The position numbers were made by a program, and so were the translations under genes. 36,392 nucleotides of DNA from a virus (taxonomy: Duplodnaviria > Caudoviricetes): IMG/VR virus record IMGVR_UViG_3300005611_000089, positions 1-36,392 of that record; one strand, given 5' to 3'. Positions 6,962-16,435 of this stretch are shown here, in pieces; the stretch's first letter is position 1; each line of letters starts with the position of its first letter. The notes under the pieces were generated by a model that was given only the letters and a program-made list of their open reading frames with translations, ran no database searches and had not been told where the DNA came from.

Positions 6962-8751
6962 TGAAACTAATATTTGATATTGAAACAGATGGGCTACTCC
7001 ATGAGATGAGCACAATACATTCCTTGTGTATGTATGACTTAGATAATGGTGACTTCCACTCACTATATGGTGACAAGATAGCTGGTGGTATTAAGCTCTT
7101 ACAATCTGCTGACCTGTTAATAGGTCATAACATAATCGGCTTTGACATCCCCGCTATCCAGAAGCTGTACCCTGATTTCAATATCGAGGATGACAAGCTA
7201 CATGATACCTTTATCTTGAGTAAGATATGCAACCCGCAGCTTAAAGAGAAAGACGCTAAGAGACGTAAGATACCACCCTACTTATGGGGTAGCCATGGAT
7301 TAGAAGCATGGGGGCAGCGTCTAGGCATGCACAAGGGTGACTACAAGAAAGAGATGAAGGACTTAGGTATCGATCCTTGGGCTGAGTGGAATGAGAACAT
7401 GCAGTCATATTGTGAACAGGATGTCAAGGTAACTAACGAGTTGTACAAACAGTTTGACTTTGACAAAGTTCCACAGCAAGCCTTTGAATTAGAGACTAGG
7501 TTCGCTGTCATCATAGCTAAGGTATGCCAGAGAGGGGTTGCCTTTGATGAGGCAGCGGCAGTCGACTTATACATAGACATGAAGAACCAACGTGACGAGT
7601 TGACGGAAGTATTACAGGAACATTTTGGCGACGTGGTGACAGAAGAAGAGTTCATCCCTAAGAGGGACAACTCAACCAAGGGATACAAGGCAGGGGTACC
7701 TGTTATTAAACGAAAGGTGGAACCATTCAATGTCAATAGCCCTAAGCAGATAGGCGAGAAGCTACAGGAAGTAGATGGATGGAAACCACAGGTATTCACT
7801 AAGGGTGGACAGCCATCATGTACAGATGATGTACTTACCAACCTGAATTACCCCATATGTGAGGTGTTAGCCAAGGCACTCAAGGTTAAGAAATTAGTAG
7901 GTACTCTGGCTGAAGGTAACAGTGCTTGGCTTAACCGTGTACGTAAGGGCAGGCTTCACGGGAACATCAATCCTGTAGGCACACGTACCTTTAGATGTAC
8001 GCACACTAACCCTAATCTAGGGAACATACCTAGTGTGGATGCCTTCATGGGTAGAGAATGCCGCCAACTGTTTAAGGCTAGTGAGGGGATGGTGTTGGTG
8101 GGTAGTGACGCATCAAGCCTAGAGCTACGTTGTCTTGCACATTACCTAGCGCCTTATGATGGGGGTGAGTACGCAAGGAAAATTGTTTCATGTGATGACG
8201 TACATATCCTGAATATGGAGATGATGGGATTAGCATCCAGAGGGGAAGCCAAAACGGCAATCTATGCCCTACTCTATGGACAAGGTGCAGAGGCCACAGG
8301 GATACAATTAGGCGGAGGGTTCAAGGAAGGTAAAGCCTTACAAACTAGGGTGTTCAATGGTATGCCATCCCTGAAGAGATTAACTGACGACATTGTAAAT
8401 GCTTGTAAGAAGAGAGGCTATCTAATTGCTGTGGATGGTACACTTTTAGAGAACACCGCGGACCATACAGCACCAAACACTACACTACAATCAGCAGGTA
8501 GTAAGATTGTTAAGAAAGCCACTATCAATATGTATGACAAGATGATAGAGAGAGGTTATGAGTGGGGTAAGGAATGGGCTATGGTGTTACACGTCCATGA
8601 TGAATGGCAGATTGAATGTATACCAGAGATTGCAGAGGAGGTAGCTCAACTATCCATCGAATCATTTGAACTGGCTGGGAAGCAGCTAGGTATTAAGTGC
8701 CCTATCACAGGTGAGAGTAAGATAGGGAATAACTGGGCTGAGACACACTAA
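6961..8751 (+). CDS. polA: Family A DNA polymerase, T7 gp5-like
   Basis: Exo motifs FDIETDG, GHNIIGFD, YCEQDV; motif A DASSLELRCLAHY; motif B RGEAKTAIYALLYG; motif C HVHDEWQ; C-terminal WAETH. Confidence 0.97.
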   Translation: MKLIFDIETDGLLHEMSTIHSLCMYDLDNGDFHSLYGDKIAGGIKLLQSADLLIGHNIIGFDIPAIQKLYPDFNIEDDKLHDTFILSKICNPQLKEKDAKRRKIPPYLWGSHGLEAWGQRLGMHKGDYKKEMKDLGIDPWAEWNENMQSYCEQDVKVTNELYKQFDFDKVPQQAFELETRFAVIIAKVCQRGVAFDEAAAVDLYIDMKNQRDELTEVLQEHFGDVVTEEEFIPKRDNSTKGYKAGVPVIKRKVEPFNVNSPKQIGEKLQEVDGWKPQVFTKGGQPSCTDDVLTNLNYPICEVLAKALKVKKLVGTLAEGNSAWLNRVRKGRLHGNINPVGTRTFRCTHTNPNLGNIPSVDAFMGRECRQLFKASEGMVLVGSDASSLELRCLAHYLAPYDGGEYARKIVSCDDVHILNMEMMGLASRGEAKTAIYALLYGQGAEATGIQLGGGFKEGKALQTRVFNGMPSLKRLTDDIVNACKKRGYLIAVDGTLLENTADHTAPNTTLQSAGSKIVKKATINMYDKMIERGYEWGKEWAMVLHVHDEWQIECIPEIAEEVAQLSIESFELAGKQLGIKCPITGESKIGNNWAETH

Positions 8752-8764
8752 GAAGGAGAGTAAC

Positions 8765-9037
8765 TTGGGATTGAAATTTGTACGACAAGAAGGGCCACGC
8801 CCTACGAGCAAGCAAGTAATTAACCAGTGTGTTGTTGTTATGTGTACAACCACGCTAAGTGATACAGAACTGGATGAGTTCCATAGGGTATACAAGGAGA
8901 ATGCAACACCAGATGAACTAGATATTTGTACAAACTTATTAATCAAGGGGGCTGAGCGATTATGCTTTATGCACCCAGAACTAATACCATTAATCAACAC
9001 ATACAGCAGTGACTTTAAAAAAGGAGTAAAGGAATGA
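8765..9037 (+). CDS. Hypothetical protein, 90 aa
   Basis: AAGGAG RBS before a TTG start; fills the gap between pol and the SSB-like gene. Confidence 0.6.
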   Translation: MGLKFVRQEGPRPTSKQVINQCVVVMCTTTLSDTELDEFHRVYKENATPDELDICTNLLIKGAERLCFMHPELIPLINTYSSDFKKGVKE

Positions 9038-9612
9038 ACGTATTAAACAATGTTACAGTAGAAAAAATCTATGCCAACGAGCGCATTAGCAAGAAGACTG
9101 GCGAAGCCTTCACGTCTTACAATGTAAAGGTGGGTGGTAAGTCTGTAGGGTTTGGTTTCAAGGCACCTGAGTTTAAGGAAGGAGACGTTATAAGCGTAGC
9201 ACTTAAACAGAATGGCAACTTCTTGGAAGCAATTCGTGACACACTAGAGATTGTAAGCGGCGGTACTGTTGCACCTGCACAACAACCAGCCACCCAACAG
9301 TCTGTAAGCAAGCCAGTAGCTCAACCAAGTGCAGCACCAGTACAGAAAACTAACTGGGCCGAGAAAGATACCCGCGCTGGACTAGGTTTTGCACGTGAAC
9401 AATCTATCAAGGTGTTAGCAGCTATGATGCAAGCAAACCTAGTGACTATTGCTAACCAAGCTCACTACCTAGCAGAGTTAGATAAGCTCACTATGCACTT
9501 CTTAGCACAAGCAGACTCTCTTGTTAACACTGGTGACATTGCAGTAGGTACACTGGAGCAAGGCCGAGCTGAACTAGCTGATGAAGAGTTCGACGACGCA
9601 GTACATTTCTAA
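9034..9612 (+). CDS. Probable single-stranded DNA-binding protein
   Basis: Beta-rich OB-like N-terminus, Pro/Gln/Ala linker, acidic tail ending in an aromatic residue (ADEEFDDAVHF), position in the replication module, own terminator. Confidence 0.55.
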   Translation: MNVLNNVTVEKIYANERISKKTGEAFTSYNVKVGGKSVGFGFKAPEFKEGDVISVALKQNGNFLEAIRDTLEIVSGGTVAPAQQPATQQSVSKPVAQPSAAPVQKTNWAEKDTRAGLGFAREQSIKVLAAMMQANLVTIANQAHYLAELDKLTMHFLAQADSLVNTGDIAVGTLEQGRAELADEEFDDAVHF

Positions 9613-9621
9613 GAGTAACAT

Positions 9622-9642
9622 AGGGCTTCGGCCCTTTCTCTT
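9622..9642 (+). terminator. Rho-independent terminator with UUCG loop
   Basis: AGGGC-TTCG-GCCCT-TTCTCTT just after the SSB-like stop codon. Confidence 0.75.
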
Positions 9643-9655
9643 AAGGAGGAAAGGA

Positions 9656-10483
9656 ATGTTAGTTAACCCAATACCATATATGCCTAACATCACGGACAGA
9701 TTAGATAATGAGGTACACAAGTTAACCGTACCTCTCAATAAGACCACTGTCCTTATGGATGCAGACAGCCTTGTATACCTAGCTGGGTTTGCTGTGGAGC
9801 ATGGGGACGAGGTAGAAGAGTTTAAGAAGTGTGAATTCATCCTCCGCAATAAGAAGCGGGAGATAGAGAGACTCACACAAGGAGCTAACCAGCACTGGTA
9901 CCTTACCAAGGGCAGTACACTCTGGCGTAATGACTATGCGGAGTATGTAGAATACAAAGGTAATCGTAAGAATGCTAGTAAGCCTTACCATTATGACGAG
10001 TGTCGTGAGTTTCTAGTGAAGAAGTTTGGAGCAAAGATACTCAGTAATGTAGAGGCAGATGATGTAGTAGCTGACAGAGCTAGGCAGTATAGAGGCAGGG
10101 TTATAATCTGTTCTATGGATAAAGACCTACGCACAATAGCAGGTCACTACATAAACCCTAACAAGATTGATGATGGAATACAGTACGTGACCACTAGAGA
10201 AGCATGCCTCAACCTGTATGTACAGATGTTGATGGGGGACATAGCTGACAACATTAAAGGATTAAAGGGATGGGGTATTAAGAAGTCTACCCGTGCCCTA
10301 GAGGGATTCAGGACAGAAAAAGGAATGCAAGAGTTTGTGACACAGCAATACAAGGAAGCCTTCCCTAAGATTGTTGAAGGGTGGGGTGGTGTCGAGATGA
10401 CATGGGAAGACATACTCATTGAGACAGCTAACTTATTATTCCTACGGGAAGATGAAGAGGAGAAATTCACATGGAGTATTTAA
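9656..10483 (+). CDS. 5'-3' exonuclease, T7 gp6-like
   Basis: MDADSLVY, YKGNRK, VEADDV, SMDKDL, QMLMGDIADNIKG motifs; ATG 9656 follows AAGGAGG. Confidence 0.92.
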   Translation: MLVNPIPYMPNITDRLDNEVHKLTVPLNKTTVLMDADSLVYLAGFAVEHGDEVEEFKKCEFILRNKKREIERLTQGANQHWYLTKGSTLWRNDYAEYVEYKGNRKNASKPYHYDECREFLVKKFGAKILSNVEADDVVADRARQYRGRVIICSMDKDLRTIAGHYINPNKIDDGIQYVTTREACLNLYVQMLMGDIADNIKGLKGWGIKKSTRALEGFRTEKGMQEFVTQQYKEAFPKIVEGWGGVEMTWEDILIETANLLFLREDEEEKFTWSI

Positions 10484-10929
10484 AACTAATAGGCCCAGCA
10501 TGTAGCGAATCTGTATGTACTTACAAGGGGTCAGAGCTTGACTATATTTATAATATTTCATTAGGTATCCACGATGTGTCAGCCCACTATAAACAAACGG
10601 GTCACAAAATTTCTGAGTTAATAGTGTGCTCTTTAAACCTATTGCACAGATGGGGAGGAACACCACCTACACGTATAGATTATGATGACACTATAAAACT
10701 TAATGATGACCGCAGGATTGATGTTCTAAACCTTAATCTATTAGTAGCCGATATGTGGTTATATGGACAAGGTTCAGGAGATAAAACAATAGCTATTAAA
10801 CAACTTAAGAGATTAATACAGTTGAGTATGCGAATCCTCTCAACAATTGTGAAACATGAATCAGACGTTGAGAGGTGTATATTAGAAGTCGCTAACATTA
10901 AACATGATGGGAACCAGAGCCATGAGTAA
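10471..10929 (+). CDS. Hypothetical protein, 152 aa
   Basis: GAGGAG RBS; overlaps both neighbours. Confidence 0.65.
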   Translation: MEYLKLIGPACSESVCTYKGSELDYIYNISLGIHDVSAHYKQTGHKISELIVCSLNLLHRWGGTPPTRIDYDDTIKLNDDRRIDVLNLNLLVADMWLYGQGSGDKTIAIKQLKRLIQLSMRILSTIVKHESDVERCILEVANIKHDGNQSHE

Positions 10930-11497
10930 CACACCGTGGGGATCAGTACCTAAACTGTGGAAGGATGAGAAGTCATTCCTTAATTGGTTACGTTCACAAG
11001 TTCGTAAGGTGTGGAGCAGACATCCAGTGAAGAACACCTACGTAAGTAAGCGTAAGAAGATGCACCCTACAGAACTAGAAAAGCTAGGCATTGAGGTGGT
11101 GGGAGCTACAGCTAAGACTAGGGTGGTGCGCCAATGTGAGATGTGTGACAAATGGTTCCCCGTCTCACAGATGGAGGTCGACCACATCCACGGAGGTACA
11201 GGCTTCACTAACTATGAGGAGTTCCTAGCTTGGCAGAAGCGTACACTGTTCGTTGGCTTTGATGATATCAGGGAGATATGCAAGGGGTGCCACCAAAAAG
11301 TTACACTTAGCCAGAGATTAAATATCCCTATGAGTCAAGTACCTATGGAGCAAGAGAGAATTAAATTTTCAAAACTTAACTCATCCGACCAGACAAAGGA
11401 ATTAAATAGTCTACAGTTATGTAAAGGAAAGAACAAGGTAGAGCGTGAGGCAATATACTACGCCTACTTAAAGGATAAATATAGAGATTGTTTATAA
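10922..11497 (+). CDS. Zn-binding HNH-type endonuclease (possible resolvase)
   Basis: CEMC...EVDHIHG...ICKGCH pattern; located next to the exonuclease. Confidence 0.75.
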   Translation: MSNTPWGSVPKLWKDEKSFLNWLRSQVRKVWSRHPVKNTYVSKRKKMHPTELEKLGIEVVGATAKTRVVRQCEMCDKWFPVSQMEVDHIHGGTGFTNYEEFLAWQKRTLFVGFDDIREICKGCHQKVTLSQRLNIPMSQVPMEQERIKFSKLNSSDQTKELNSLQLCKGKNKVEREAIYYAYLKDKYRDCL

Positions 11498-11510
11498 GGA
11501 GATAGAGATT

Positions 11511-11819
11511 ATGGGTACTAAAGTTTTTTATAATGGTAGATGCTTACAGAATGAATTTGCTTATCCAGTAGTAATAAGCTTTATAAAGGATGAGGAAGGT
11601 AATCTAGAACTTGAACACTACCTTCATTCAGGTAGTAGTGATAATGCACCTATGGAAAATTTTTTTCATGACTTTGTTTCTAGGCATGGTTTAGACGACA
11701 CCTTGTTTATGATTGGTTTAGATACTGAGGAACTAGGTACGGGTAAACATTATGCACAAGTTCACTATGATACAGCAAGTAGGTTTTGGGAATTTGATGA
11801 GATAACCAGTTGGGGGTAA
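11511..11819 (+). CDS. Small acidic protein, possible dispersed fourth member of the early paralog family
   Basis: AAGGAG RBS; MENFF...HGLDDTL...GTGKHY...WEF pattern. Confidence 0.7.
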   Translation: MGTKVFYNGRCLQNEFAYPVVISFIKDEEGNLELEHYLHSGSSDNAPMENFFHDFVSRHGLDDTLFMIGLDTEELGTGKHYAQVHYDTASRFWEFDEITSWG

Positions 11820-11824
11820 GACAA

Positions 11825-12031
11825 ATGAAAACATTATTAATTGTTATAACATTGTTATTCCTTAGTGGTTGCTCACAGTTAGCAGTACACAACTCTATAT
11901 CATTAGGGGTAGAGTGTGAGTCTATGCTCGGTAAGGTAGGTAATAGCTGCACAATACATGCACCCGCCACTTCAGACATCCATGTTAATGGGGACACCAT
12001 CGAGATTATCTACGAGGGGTTGGAGCTATGA
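11825..12031 (+). CDS. Predicted lipoprotein
   Basis: MKTLLIVITLLFLSG-C lipobox. Confidence 0.7.
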   Translation: MKTLLIVITLLFLSGCSQLAVHNSISLGVECESMLGKVGNSCTIHAPATSDIHVNGDTIEIIYEGLEL

Positions 12032-12534
12032 AGATATTAATATTAGGACATGCCCGACATGGGAAGGATACAGTGGCAGAACTGTTAGTTAAGTATATGC
12101 CTCACCTATCCTTCACTTCCTCTAGTCTATTTGCAGCAGAGCGCGTACCAAAGCTTGTAGAGCTGAGCAAGAATTACACTTCCACTATCGCTATGTTTGA
12201 AGATAGGCATGGGTGCCGTGAGTTCTGGCGTAAGGCTATCGTTGAATACAATACACCGGACAAGGGTAGGTTGTGTAGTGAGATACTAGAGGAACATGAT
12301 ATCTATGTAGGTATGCGTGACAAGGAAGAGTACGAAGCAACTAAACATTTGTTTGACCACATTATTTATGTAGATGCTAACCCCCGCATCACTAGTGTGG
12401 AAGCAACGATGAACATAGAGTATGATGAGGATACAATGACAGGAATTATTAATGGGGGTACACTGAATCAATTAGATTATCTAGTTGATAGGTTCAGTAA
12501 GTACATAATGTTTGCCACTCTAACAGAAGATTAA
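12028..12534 (+). CDS. Deoxynucleoside monophosphate kinase-like P-loop protein
   Basis: MKILILGHARHGKDTVA P-loop; YVGMR; IINGGTL. Confidence 0.75.
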   Translation: MKILILGHARHGKDTVAELLVKYMPHLSFTSSSLFAAERVPKLVELSKNYTSTIAMFEDRHGCREFWRKAIVEYNTPDKGRLCSEILEEHDIYVGMRDKEEYEATKHLFDHIIYVDANPRITSVEATMNIEYDEDTMTGIINGGTLNQLDYLVDRFSKYIMFATLTED

Positions 12535-12537
12535 CTT

Positions 12538-12819
12538 ATGAAAAAACTAGAGAAGTTATTACTAATGATACTTGTTCCAATACTTATGTTAGCCTACTAC
12601 CATAATGCTAATGCCAGCGAGGAACAATTCGAGTGCTACCCTGTAGGATTCTTACAGGCTATAAAGGAGAAGCAAAGCATTGAGTTAAGCAGACAGAAAG
12701 TGAAGGTGCACAATGATGCTGTGCATTTAACATCGGATATAATCAGGGGCTTCATACATTACCAGTGTGCAGCACATGGACAAGTAACTATTCAAGGCCA
12801 ACTATTGGAGTGTAAGTAA
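12538..12819 (+). CDS. Predicted secreted/periplasmic protein
   Basis: Basic N-terminus, hydrophobic core and ANA cleavage motif; three Cys in the mature part. Confidence 0.6.
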   Translation: MKKLEKLLLMILVPILMLAYYHNANASEEQFECYPVGFLQAIKEKQSIELSRQKVKVHNDAVHLTSDIIRGFIHYQCAAHGQVTIQGQLLECK

Positions 12820-14060
12820 TGGGTAAGCATGCCAACTATTCAGATCCTGTATACATGGAAGCGTGTACCACAGAGAGACAAAAAGAAATATTAGAGGCTG
12901 TTAATATTACAGCTACCCTAGACGACGCTGCCACGTGGCTTAATATGCCTGCACGTTCATTACATAGAGCACTAGCACGCATAAGAACGCAGGCTGCTAA
13001 GACCAACCCTGACTTACACAATGGGACTAACATCCCTGAAGGGTACGCAATCAAGGGTAGCTCCTCTCTCATTGACGAGGAAGGTAACACAAAGCTTAAG
13101 TGGGTCAAGACAGATAGGGACATCCTCAAGCAACAAGAGATGATGACACTTGCCGCTGAAGAGTTTGCTCATCAACTACCACAGCTATCAGCTAGTGAGC
13201 ACTACCCTAGTGATGACACCAACACTAACATCATCCCATGGTTTAATATCGGTGATGCTCACTTAGGTATGGTGGCATATGCAATGGAAGTGGGACACAA
13301 CTTCGACCTAGGTATTGCAGAGCGTGAGTTATGTGAAGCTATGAAGATGCTTATTGACAGGGCTGCTGGTTATGAGCGCTGCGTCATTCAGGACATGGGA
13401 GACTTCACCCACTACGAGAACATGGCTGGTGTTACTGACCACTCAGGACACGCACTGGATTGTGATACACGCTTCCAGAAGATGATAAGAATATACACCC
13501 GTACCATGCGATTCATCGTGGACTATGCACTACAGAAGTTTAAGTATGTGGATGTAATCATCAACCAAGGCAACCACTCACGCACTAATGACTTCTGGAT
13601 GGCGCATTTCCTCCGCCATGTGTACGAGAAAGAGAAGCGTGTTCACGTGCTGAATAACGACAGTGTGTTCATTGGTTATCGCATGGGTAACACCTTTGTT
13701 ATGTGCCACCACACGGACAAGTGTAAAGCTAACAAGTTGATTGACGTTATGGCTACCGACTTCCGTACGCACTTTGGTGAGTGTAAGTACAAGTATGTAG
13801 ATGGTGGTCATGTTCATCATAAGTCTGTAGCTAAAGAGTATGGTGATGTAATCATTGAGACATTCAACCAGCTAGCCCCTGCTGATAAGTATGCACACGA
13901 TGGCGGGTGGAGAAGTAGAAGTTTCCTAACATGTGTACTACGCTCTAAAGAGTACGGTGAAGTGGGTAGACACATCGTTACAGCAGAAGAGGTACAGGAT
14001 AAGCTATCTCTTAAAGGACATGCAACTAGTAAAGGTGACAAGGGAGTGTATGAGGTATGA
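12819..14060 (+). CDS. Calcineurin-like metallophosphoesterase with N-terminal HTH-like region
   Basis: GDAHLG, DMGDFTH, QGNHS, HHTD, GHVHH motifs; N-terminal TERQKEIL...DDAATWLNMPARSL. Confidence 0.85.
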   Translation: MGKHANYSDPVYMEACTTERQKEILEAVNITATLDDAATWLNMPARSLHRALARIRTQAAKTNPDLHNGTNIPEGYAIKGSSSLIDEEGNTKLKWVKTDRDILKQQEMMTLAAEEFAHQLPQLSASEHYPSDDTNTNIIPWFNIGDAHLGMVAYAMEVGHNFDLGIAERELCEAMKMLIDRAAGYERCVIQDMGDFTHYENMAGVTDHSGHALDCDTRFQKMIRIYTRTMRFIVDYALQKFKYVDVIINQGNHSRTNDFWMAHFLRHVYEKEKRVHVLNNDSVFIGYRMGNTFVMCHHTDKCKANKLIDVMATDFRTHFGECKYKYVDGGHVHHKSVAKEYGDVIIETFNQLAPADKYAHDGGWRSRSFLTCVLRSKEYGEVGRHIVTAEEVQDKLSLKGHATSKGDKGVYEV

Positions 14061-14242
14061 GTAAACCACATCTAACACCAGAGCAACTTGATGACCTAGG
14101 GGATAGGTTCGAGGTGTTCATGGAAGGATACATGGACGGTTTATTCTTAGACAGGAATAAGAAGTACAACGGAGTACCAACTTATGAGCGCGGCTTCTCT
14201 ATGGGGAAGCTTCGCCGTAAGTACGAGATGGAGGAAAGATAA
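14057..14242 (+). CDS. Hypothetical protein, 61 aa
   Basis: ATGA overlap; EGYMDG...YERGF motif. Confidence 0.7.
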   Translation: MSKPHLTPEQLDDLGDRFEVFMEGYMDGLFLDRNKKYNGVPTYERGFSMGKLRRKYEMEER

Positions 14243-14460
14243 TGAGACCACACATTAGACTAGTATCAGAGCAAACCCAATCAGATGTTATGATGAAACA
14301 AGCTATCGAGGAGAGACGTCAAGAAGCAATGGATGAAGTGAAGAGACTCAAGGAATTTGAGGCTGGTCAACGTAAGGTAGCAATAATCACCAAGCTCATC
14401 CTTGTCAGCCCTATCATATTGTTTGGTGGGTTGGCTGGTCTTATCCTCTTAGTGGTATAA
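14242..14460 (+). CDS. Small protein with a C-terminal transmembrane helix
   Basis: GGAGG RBS, TAATG coupling, hydrophobic C-terminus. Confidence 0.7.
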   Translation: MRPHIRLVSEQTQSDVMMKQAIEERRQEAMDEVKRLKEFEAGQRKVAIITKLILVSPIILFGGLAGLILLVV

Positions 14461-14491
14461 GATTAACATTATCCGTATGGGGGTATAGGGT

Positions 14492-14779
14492 ATGAAGAAG
14501 AGTAAACCTATTGAGGAATTAGATAAACTCATTGATGGACGTGTATTAGCTGAGGCTAAGCGTAAAGGGATACAACTTCTTGAAGAGGTAAATGATATGT
14601 GTTTAGTAGGTAATGCTAAAGTTTTTGGTGATGCATCGAGATTAAAAGAAAGAGATGAAGAGTTAGAGAAGGAACATGAAGACTTTATCAACTCCCTATA
14701 CACCAAGAGTGATGACAGCCTCGATGCTCTAAGAGATGCTATTGACGCTGAGTATAACAACAGGAAGCCTAGGTACTAA
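14492..14779 (+). CDS. Hypothetical acidic helical protein, 95 aa
   Basis: ORF on the + arm. Confidence 0.7.
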   Translation: MKKSKPIEELDKLIDGRVLAEAKRKGIQLLEEVNDMCLVGNAKVFGDASRLKERDEELEKEHEDFINSLYTKSDDSLDALRDAIDAEYNNRKPRY

Positions 14780-14849
14780 TACAGTTACATTAGGTACCAC
14801 ATCATAGGTTAATGTTCCCATACTGGGACACTACAAGGAGGATAGATAG

Positions 14850-15143
14850 ATGGAAACTTTTCTAATAATGCTAGTAGTATTCATATTAGCCATCTGCTCC
14901 CTAGCCCTAATAATCTGTAAGCTTTGTGATGTCATGTATGATAAGAACACTCCACACTGGGTAGCTTACAAAGAAGGTTACTGGGATTATAGGTATGGCC
15001 TAGAGGGTTCTAAGAAGCACCCCTTTAGTAAGCCATATAGCCAAGGCTGGAGAGAGGCTCAGCTACAAAGACAAGCACGAGAGATAGAGGAAGGTAAATC
15101 TATTTACTCAAGTATGGCTAAGTATAGACAAGGAGGTAAGTAA
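14850..15143 (+). CDS. Membrane-anchored protein with an RMF-like motif
   Basis: AAGGAGG RBS; N-terminal TM helix; AYKEGY...G...P...GWREA. Confidence 0.65.
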   Translation: METFLIMLVVFILAICSLALIICKLCDVMYDKNTPHWVAYKEGYWDYRYGLEGSKKHPFSKPYSQGWREAQLQRQAREIEEGKSIYSSMAKYRQGGK

Positions 15144-15144
15144 T

Positions 15145-15258
15145 ATGATAGACATCTTAATCAACTACACCATTGCAGCAGTAGTATGGATAGGTTTCTT
15201 CTACGTTGCTACCAAGCTGGGTATCTGGTGGAAGTGCAGGAAGGTACACACAAAGTAA
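15145..15258 (+). CDS. Small membrane protein, 37 aa
   Basis: AAGGAGG RBS; MIDILINYTIAAVVWIGFFYVATKLGIWWKCRKVHTK. Confidence 0.65.
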   Translation: MIDILINYTIAAVVWIGFFYVATKLGIWWKCRKVHTK

Positions 15259-15313
15259 CTAAGACAGTAACAATATGTGCACTCATCCTCAATAACAGTA
15301 AATATAGTTTCAC

Positions 15314-15341
15314 AAAGGCTGGCTTAATCGCTGGCCTTTTT
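15314..15341 (+). terminator. Terminator at the convergence of the two arms
   Basis: AAAGGCTGGC-TTAATC-GCTGGCCTTT-TT with G-U pairs on the + strand. Confidence 0.7.
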
Positions 15342-16149
15342 AATTGTCTACGTATTTGAAGTGAGCCTCTATTCCAATGTTAGTGTTCATATCCGACACA
15401 TCAAACATAGTAAAGTGGATGATACTCCCACCTGCAAAGGTGAGGTTGTTACAAGGCAGAACAATTGTACCACTCTGGAGGTGCCACTCCCTAGCCACCA
15501 CGAAACTCCCACCATCCCTTTTAACATTGAGATGTACCACTGCACTACCTGCAATACCACTGGCCCTAGCAAGTGTCAATACAATCTCTTCAATGATTAT
15601 GGTCTTACCTTCGGGTACAGCAACTAATGCTTGAGGACTACAACCATACCCAATCGGTACATGAGCTAATACACTTGATGGGGTATCAGGTCTTCCTAAA
15701 GTGAAGGCTCCGGAGTTGGTGAAGTAAAGCTCACCTAGGTTGACTTGGTCTGCTCCAGACATGAATACAAAGTTTATATCCACACCTGTACCAAACAATA
15801 CAGGGGTACGGCCATCTGAGGCATCTGTAGTGGCGGTTATGAAGACTCTCTCACCTGCGGTGTTAATGGTGCTACATGTAATCACTATACCAGTATCAGC
15901 AGCGTTGCTGGAGGCTACATAAAAATTACTTAATGTGGTGGGAAAGGTTTTGTTGTCTGACCTTGGTGATATGTCATCATCGGCGAATGACCAGACCATT
16001 CTCTCAGGGTCATTACTATCTACCTGTAACACACGTCCATATAGGTAATCATTCTCTATGTTATTTATCTTACCTAGTTCAACGTCTACGTTAGCTGGGT
16101 ATACGTGGTCGAATAGTTTAGCTGGAGCGTGGTTCTTTGATGCTGGCAT
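15340..16149 (-). CDS. Beta-rich hypothetical protein, possibly virion-associated, 269 aa
   Basis: Long ORF rich in G/S/T/V at the end of the late arm. Confidence 0.7.
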   Translation of the reverse strand: MPASKNHAPAKLFDHVYPANVDVELGKINNIENDYLYGRVLQVDSNDPERMVWSFADDDISPRSDNKTFPTTLSNFYVASSNAADTGIVITCSTINTAGERVFITATTDASDGRTPVLFGTGVDINFVFMSGADQVNLGELYFTNSGAFTLGRPDTPSSVLAHVPIGYGCSPQALVAVPEGKTIIIEEIVLTLARASGIAGSAVVHLNVKRDGGSFVVAREWHLQSGTIVLPCNNLTFAGGSIIHFTMFDVSDMNTNIGIEAHFKYVDN

Positions 16150-16153
16150 TGGT

Positions 16154-16435
16154 CTACCCTTTAGTTATTGTTAGGTCTACATCTGTATACAGCGGGAAGA
16201 AGTAGATAGATTTACCGTGGTCAACGTCTGTGAAATAGAGAACATCCCCCACCTCTGAACGCATATAAGCTGGGGTTGCATCTGTGTAAGGAATGGCAAG
16301 AGATAACCCTGACGTATCCTCTGTATACACTACAGCAGTCTTGCCCCAGTTATGGTTTATCTGGGTAAGTATTGAACCTGCTGTTATTTCATGCCACTGC
16401 TTAGCAGCATAAGTGTTTCTAGTTAGTGTAGCCAT
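16154..16435 (-). CDS. Hypothetical beta-rich protein
   Basis: AAGG RBS; adjacent to 15340-16149. Confidence 0.65.
   Translation of the reverse strand: MATLTRNTYAAKQWHEITAGSILTQINHNWGKTAVVYTEDTSGLSLAIPYTDATPAYMRSEVGDVLYFTDVDHGKSIYFFPLYTDVDLTITKG

Noticed and set aside
9581-9655. Longer exonuclease start given in the ORF track
   Set aside because: It overlaps the SSB-like stop and terminator; a strong RBS precedes ATG 9656.
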